From the IMG/VR virus record IMGVR_UViG_3300020044_007958, positions 1 to 30,614 of that record: 30,614 nt of DNA. The stretch is one strand, 5' to 3'. This DNA comes from a virus. Its lineage: Duplodnaviria; Caudoviricetes. The notes beneath the pieces are model-generated. The model was not told where the DNA came from, did not search any database, and saw nothing but the letters and a program-made list of their open reading frames with translations. This document shows positions 27,505-30,614 of the stretch, piece after piece (position 1 is the first letter of the stretch; every line of letters starts with the position of its first letter). The translations under genes and the position numbers were made by a program.

Positions 27505-27917
27505 AAACAGCCAAACAAATAGCTATTGCGGAACTTTTGGAGCAAATCGAATTTTATGATTTAGATTATATTCAAGAGCGTTTGATTATGGAAGCAATTT
27601 GGTCGGATGAATGGGACATGGTGGAGCAATACGACGGTTGTACAAGTGTGCCCGAATTTCACATTAATAAATATATTTTCGATTGTTTTGTACATGATTT
27701 TCATTGGCAAAGCGGACGCGGTGGAAAAGTATCTGATAAAATTTTTTATAGCTTAATGATAGCGCGTGGATTTCCAAAGTTCAAAGCAAAAAAAAGATAT
27801 TACGGTGTTCGTTTAGCGTGGAATTTATGGTACAAATGGAAGCACAAGAAAAAAAATAATATTCGACCGCTTACTTTAGGCATGAAAAATTGGTTAAAGA
27901 ATAATAAAAATTATTAG
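27501..27917 (+). CDS. DUF1353/phospholipase A2-like protein
   Basis: YDGCT, CFVHD, SDKIFY and YYGVR motifs. Confidence 0.6.
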   Translation: MKTAKQIAIAELLEQIEFYDLDYIQERLIMEAIWSDEWDMVEQYDGCTSVPEFHINKYIFDCFVHDFHWQSGRGGKVSDKIFYSLMIARGFPKFKAKKRYYGVRLAWNLWYKWKHKKKNNIRPLTLGMKNWLKNNKNY

Positions 27918-27927
27918 TTTTGTATAC

Positions 27928-28254
27928 ATGAACGAGATAAACGACTTTACGAAATTAATCCTTAATGAGCTGGAGCGAAATCGAACTAGCGTAGAAAATT
28001 TAAAAATAAATTTAGATAAAAAATTTGACGATTTGCAACGTGAAATTGTTAAAATTCAAACAGCAGAAAAAGATTTGCACGAATTAAAACTTTGGTATAA
28101 AGAAGTGACTGATACATGGAGCGCAAAGCAGATGAAAGAAGCTAAAGACGAGATTTATGAGCAGAAAAATAAATGGTCTAAGGCAATCGGTTTATTAATC
28201 GCAATTGAAATAATAGTAGGCTTTCTAATTTCGTGGATATTAAAGAAATTTTAA
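27928..28254 (+). CDS. Coiled-coil protein with a C-terminal transmembrane helix (XhlA-like lysis accessory)
   Basis: Heptad-rich body followed by AIGLLIAIEIIVGFLISWIL. Confidence 0.7.
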   Translation: MNEINDFTKLILNELERNRTSVENLKINLDKKFDDLQREIVKIQTAEKDLHELKLWYKEVTDTWSAKQMKEAKDEIYEQKNKWSKAIGLLIAIEIIVGFLISWILKKF

Positions 28255-28255
28255 A

Positions 28256-28654
28256 ATGGAAACGTTTAAAAAATTTGAAGATATTAAAATCCTAAGTGAA
28301 AAAATATCGAATATTTTTAAGCAAAACGAATTGCTAAAAATGGCAATTAATACAAGCCATGAGGGTATTGCAATTTTGAACAAAAAAGGCGAATACATTT
28401 ATCTTAATGAAGCACACGCGGAAATGTTTGGTTATACCGTAGATGAGTTAATTGGTAAAACTTGGCAAATTTTATATAAAGAAAAAGATGTTGAATACTT
28501 TGTAAATGAAGTATTCCCAATTATAGAGCAGAATGGCAAATGGTCAGGTAAATATATTGGTTACGCTAAAAATGGAAATCCAGTAAATGAAGAAGTATAT
28601 TTAACATCTTTACCAAACGGTGGTTTAGTATGCACTTGTAGAATAATAATTTAA
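28256..28654 (+). CDS. Stand-alone PAS domain protein
   Basis: EGIAILNKKGEYIYLNEAHAEMFGYTVDELIGK S-box; W.G...KNG..V.L PAC segment. Confidence 0.9.
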   Translation: METFKKFEDIKILSEKISNIFKQNELLKMAINTSHEGIAILNKKGEYIYLNEAHAEMFGYTVDELIGKTWQILYKEKDVEYFVNEVFPIIEQNGKWSGKYIGYAKNGNPVNEEVYLTSLPNGGLVCTCRIII

Positions 28655-28665
28655 AAATAAATAAA

Positions 28666-28938
28666 ATGTTAAAAAAATTTCTATTTAAAATTAACCCAAT
28701 CGAGGTTATAAAAGCATTAAAAAAAAGTGATACTAATATAATGGTAAAAGGAGTTACCCAAATGGGTGGCGGTGGAGTGTTGATTACTTCGGGTATTACC
28801 TTAATTACAGATGGAGCAATTAACAAAAGTTGGTACGAAATAGTAGGAGGTTGTGCCCTTATAATTGCTGGGGTTTACATTACTAAGAATTTAACTGATA
28901 AAATCGAGAAAATAAAAGAAGATGAAACTAACAGCTAA
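28666..28938 (+). CDS. Putative holin
   Basis: 90 aa with two hydrophobic segments and a charged C-terminus; overlaps the endolysin gene. Confidence 0.6.
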   Translation: MLKKFLFKINPIEVIKALKKSDTNIMVKGVTQMGGGGVLITSGITLITDGAINKSWYEIVGGCALIIAGVYITKNLTDKIEKIKEDETNS

Positions 28939-29368
28939 TTTTTCTTTAAAGGAGTTCATAGAGGGCGAAATGCCTAAGGAAGCTATAAAAATGAACTATG
29001 ATTTATTAACGGATGAACAGCAAAAAAATATCGGCTTAATTGCTATTGAATTGCAGAAATTGCGAGATAAAACTAAAGCAGAATTTGGTTCAAAATTTAC
29101 AGGCTTTAAAATTACCTCAGGTTTACGACAAAAAGAGTGGGAATTAAAGCAAAAAAGATCAGGAAATAGCCAACACGTTAAAGGCTGGGCGGTTGACTTT
29201 CAGCCTATTTGTGCTAAAGAAGATTATTTAATCATTTTCTACTGGGTATTTAAGCAACTTGAAAACTTTAATGGAGGTGTAGCGCAAAAAAAACCCAACT
29301 TAAAAGCTGGGTTAAAAGGTTTTATTCATTTTGATTTGCGCGGTGTTCGTGCCCGTTGGGAATATTAA
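28922..29368 (+). CDS. Endolysin, peptidase M15 family
   Basis: NFSLKEF, ITSGLR, SQH..G.AVD and FIHFD zinc-binding motifs. Confidence 0.9.
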   Translation: MKLTANFSLKEFIEGEMPKEAIKMNYDLLTDEQQKNIGLIAIELQKLRDKTKAEFGSKFTGFKITSGLRQKEWELKQKRSGNSQHVKGWAVDFQPICAKEDYLIIFYWVFKQLENFNGGVAQKKPNLKAGLKGFIHFDLRGVRARWEY

Positions 29369-29377
29369 TAATTAGAT

Positions 29378-29461
29378 TTATAACATAATAAAATCCACTA
29401 TAATGTTAATAAATAAACCGATTAAAAATCCGTAGAGGAATATAAGTATTTCTTTTTTCAT
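29378..29461 (-). CDS. 27-aa hydrophobic peptide (MKKEILIFLYGFLIGLFINIIVDFIML), not in the ORF track
   Basis: Hand-translated; A-rich leader and a single predicted transmembrane helix. Confidence 0.5.
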   Translation of the reverse strand: MKKEILIFLYGFLIGLFINIIVDFIML

Positions 29462-29479
29462 TTTATTTGATTTTAAATT

Positions 29480-29532
29480 AATAACTTTTTGTTAACGAAA
29501 TTAAAACTGTCGTTAACGGGGGTGTTAGGTGC
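29480..29532. repeat. Short att-like hairpin (putative resident insertion site)
   Basis: AATAAC-N5-GTTAACGA-N11-TCGTTAAC-N6-GTTAGG. Confidence 0.55.
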
Positions 29533-29918
29533 AATGCTATTTCGACCACGCACTATCATTCTTCAACATACGAAGCACAGCAGGGAAAATGTGTTGCAAG
29601 TCATTGGTTGTCATACCGTTTTTTTCAGCGACTATTGCCATTTGATGTGCTAACATTGCTTCGGCTTCTGTATCTTCTGTGAACAGCCAATTTTGAACCA
29701 TTGGGTGAGCAGGGAATACTTCTTTAACTCCCTTTCTCCATTTGAAATTTAAAACATTTTCCATTTTTATTTGAATTTTTGAGAAGCACTGCACCTAACA
29801 AGGTATTGCCAAAAGCAGGGTATTCTCGGTTAATTAATCTTTTGTACTTCTAATGGGTATTTGTGCAAGGTTGAAACTTTTGTATTTTAAATCCCTGCCT
29901 TCGGCAATACCCAAACCA
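29525..29918. mobile_element. Integron-like gene cassette 1 (394 bp)
   Basis: TGTTAGGTGCA (29523-29533) is the exact inverse of TGCACCTAACA (29790-29800); one ORF plus one attC-like hairpin. Confidence 0.7.
29537..29764 (-). CDS. Hypothetical cassette protein (75 aa)
   Basis: ATG 29764 has an A-rich leader; the track's start at 29794 lies in the R box. Confidence 0.75.
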   Translation of the reverse strand: MENVLNFKWRKGVKEVFPAHPMVQNWLFTEDTEAEAMLAHQMAIVAEKNGMTTNDLQHIFPAVLRMLKNDSAWSK

Positions 29919-29927
29919 TTATATGCC
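29790..29927. repeat. attC-like site (long)
   Basis: CCTAAC-AA-GGTATTGCCAAAAGCAGGG ... CCCTGCCTTCGGCAATACC-CAAACC-ATTATAT; arms match at 17/19. Confidence 0.75.
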
Positions 29928-30389
29928 ATTTGACGTAGACAAACCTAACATCACATTTTCATAATTAGAAATTGCTTCATCAAATGTTTTCCCAAAAGCG
30001 TAGTTTGTACTTTCTTGTAAGTTGATAAAATCCAAACCATGACAGCAAAACTCATTACCGTCCTTTTCTACTTGAATTTTCCACCACTCTTTATCGACAT
30101 CTTTTCCTCCACAATTATTACACACAAAAAATCCACCATACTGAAAAGGGTAACAATCACCCTGCTTACATTTGAATACTTTTGTAAAAGCAATACCATC
30201 TTCTTTTGCCATTTTTTGAGCAAATTCATATCCTTGCATCCTATCGTAAGCATCATGATAACCATCACCAAAAGTAATAGGTGGGTGTCCTTGAATGAAC
30301 ATATTGAAACCTGCCATTACCGAAGTATTATTTGTTTTTATTAACTCTTGGGCTGTTTTTAATTTTAGCATAATTCTATTTTTTAACAT
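29919..30389 (-). CDS. Cassette protein with a Cys cluster and a HicB-like C-terminal module
   Basis: CKQGDC..CNNCG; IQVEKDGNEFCCH..AFGKTFDEAISN. Confidence 0.75.
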   Translation of the reverse strand: MLKNRIMLKLKTAQELIKTNNTSVMAGFNMFIQGHPPITFGDGYHDAYDRMQGYEFAQKMAKEDGIAFTKVFKCKQGDCYPFQYGGFFVCNNCGGKDVDKEWWKIQVEKDGNEFCCHGLDFINLQESTNYAFGKTFDEAISNYENVMLGLSTSNGI

Positions 30390-30493
30390 GCTTACTACTT
30401 AATGGAGAGTAAACTAATCCGAAATAAAAACGGCATATAACAGCAACTTAGCGAAAATACGTGCTGTGTTTAGGTTCGCCAAGTTGCAAAACG
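29919..30493. mobile_element. Integron-like gene cassette 2 (575 bp)
   Basis: TTATATGCC (29919-29927) is the inverse of GGCATATAA (30432-30440); one ORF plus one attC-like hairpin. Confidence 0.7.
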
Positions 30494-30499
30494 TTATTT
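30432..30499. repeat. attC-like site (short)
   Basis: ATATAAC-A-GCAACTTAGCGAA-N19-TTCGCCAAGTTGC-AAAAC-GTTATTT; arms match at 12/13. Confidence 0.75.
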
Positions 30500-30614
30500 C
30501 CTCTTCAACACCCCCTCCAAATCAACACTATCAAGCACCGCATCGAGTTTATCTATTAAAGCATCTGTAACCTCGTCTGTTAACGTGTTACGCATTGATT
30601 TTTCAATCCTACCT
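30494..30614. repeat. Terminal direct repeat, copy 2
   Basis: Identical to 1-121. Confidence 0.95.

Noticed and set aside
10906-28826. Minus-strand ORFs within the structural genes (e.g. 14201..14737, 18715..19122, 20278..20685, 23709..24089)
   Set aside because: All lie fully or largely antisense to well-supported genes and have no independent signals.
29790-30499. Hairpins as simple intrinsic terminators or IS/MITE ends
   Set aside because: The loops are long, there are no consistent U-tracts, target duplications or transposase, and these explanations do not account for the cross-ORF box complementarity.
1-30614. Lysogeny module, tRNA genes or genetic code reassignment
   Set aside because: No integrase, CI or cloverleaf recognised, and core genes are full length under the standard code.

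Overview
This window is an apparently complete, circularly assembled ~30.5 kb genome (30494-30614 repeats 1-121) of an AT-rich siphovirus-like phage. A Bacteroidetes host (probably Flavobacteriia) is inferred from TAnnTTTG promoters, A-rich leaders without Shine-Dalgarno sequences, and DUF3127 and BT4734/VapE-type genes. Layout: (1) a leftward early region with YqaJ exonuclease, DUF3127 SSB-like protein, DnaA-C HTH and small ORFs; (2) a divergent rightward replication module with a tiny RHH protein, a VirE/VapE primase-helicase, an iteron-rich origin, a GNAT, an SNF2-like helicase and VRR-NUC; (3) packaging and head genes (TerS, TerL, portal, protease, HK97-fold capsid); (4) a GT2 glycosyltransferase; (5) tail genes in non-canonical order, with a -1 frameshift chaperone; (6) a lysis module. 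I found no integrase, CI repressor or DNA polymerase. The most notable signals are: two integron-like gene cassettes bounded by attC-like hairpins with matched R boxes, inserted at the end of the early operon with no integrase in the genome; a stand-alone PAS domain inside the lysis module; a putative small RNA antisense to early-gene leaders; and a shared operator over three early promoters. All family calls are by-eye motif recognition, not database results.
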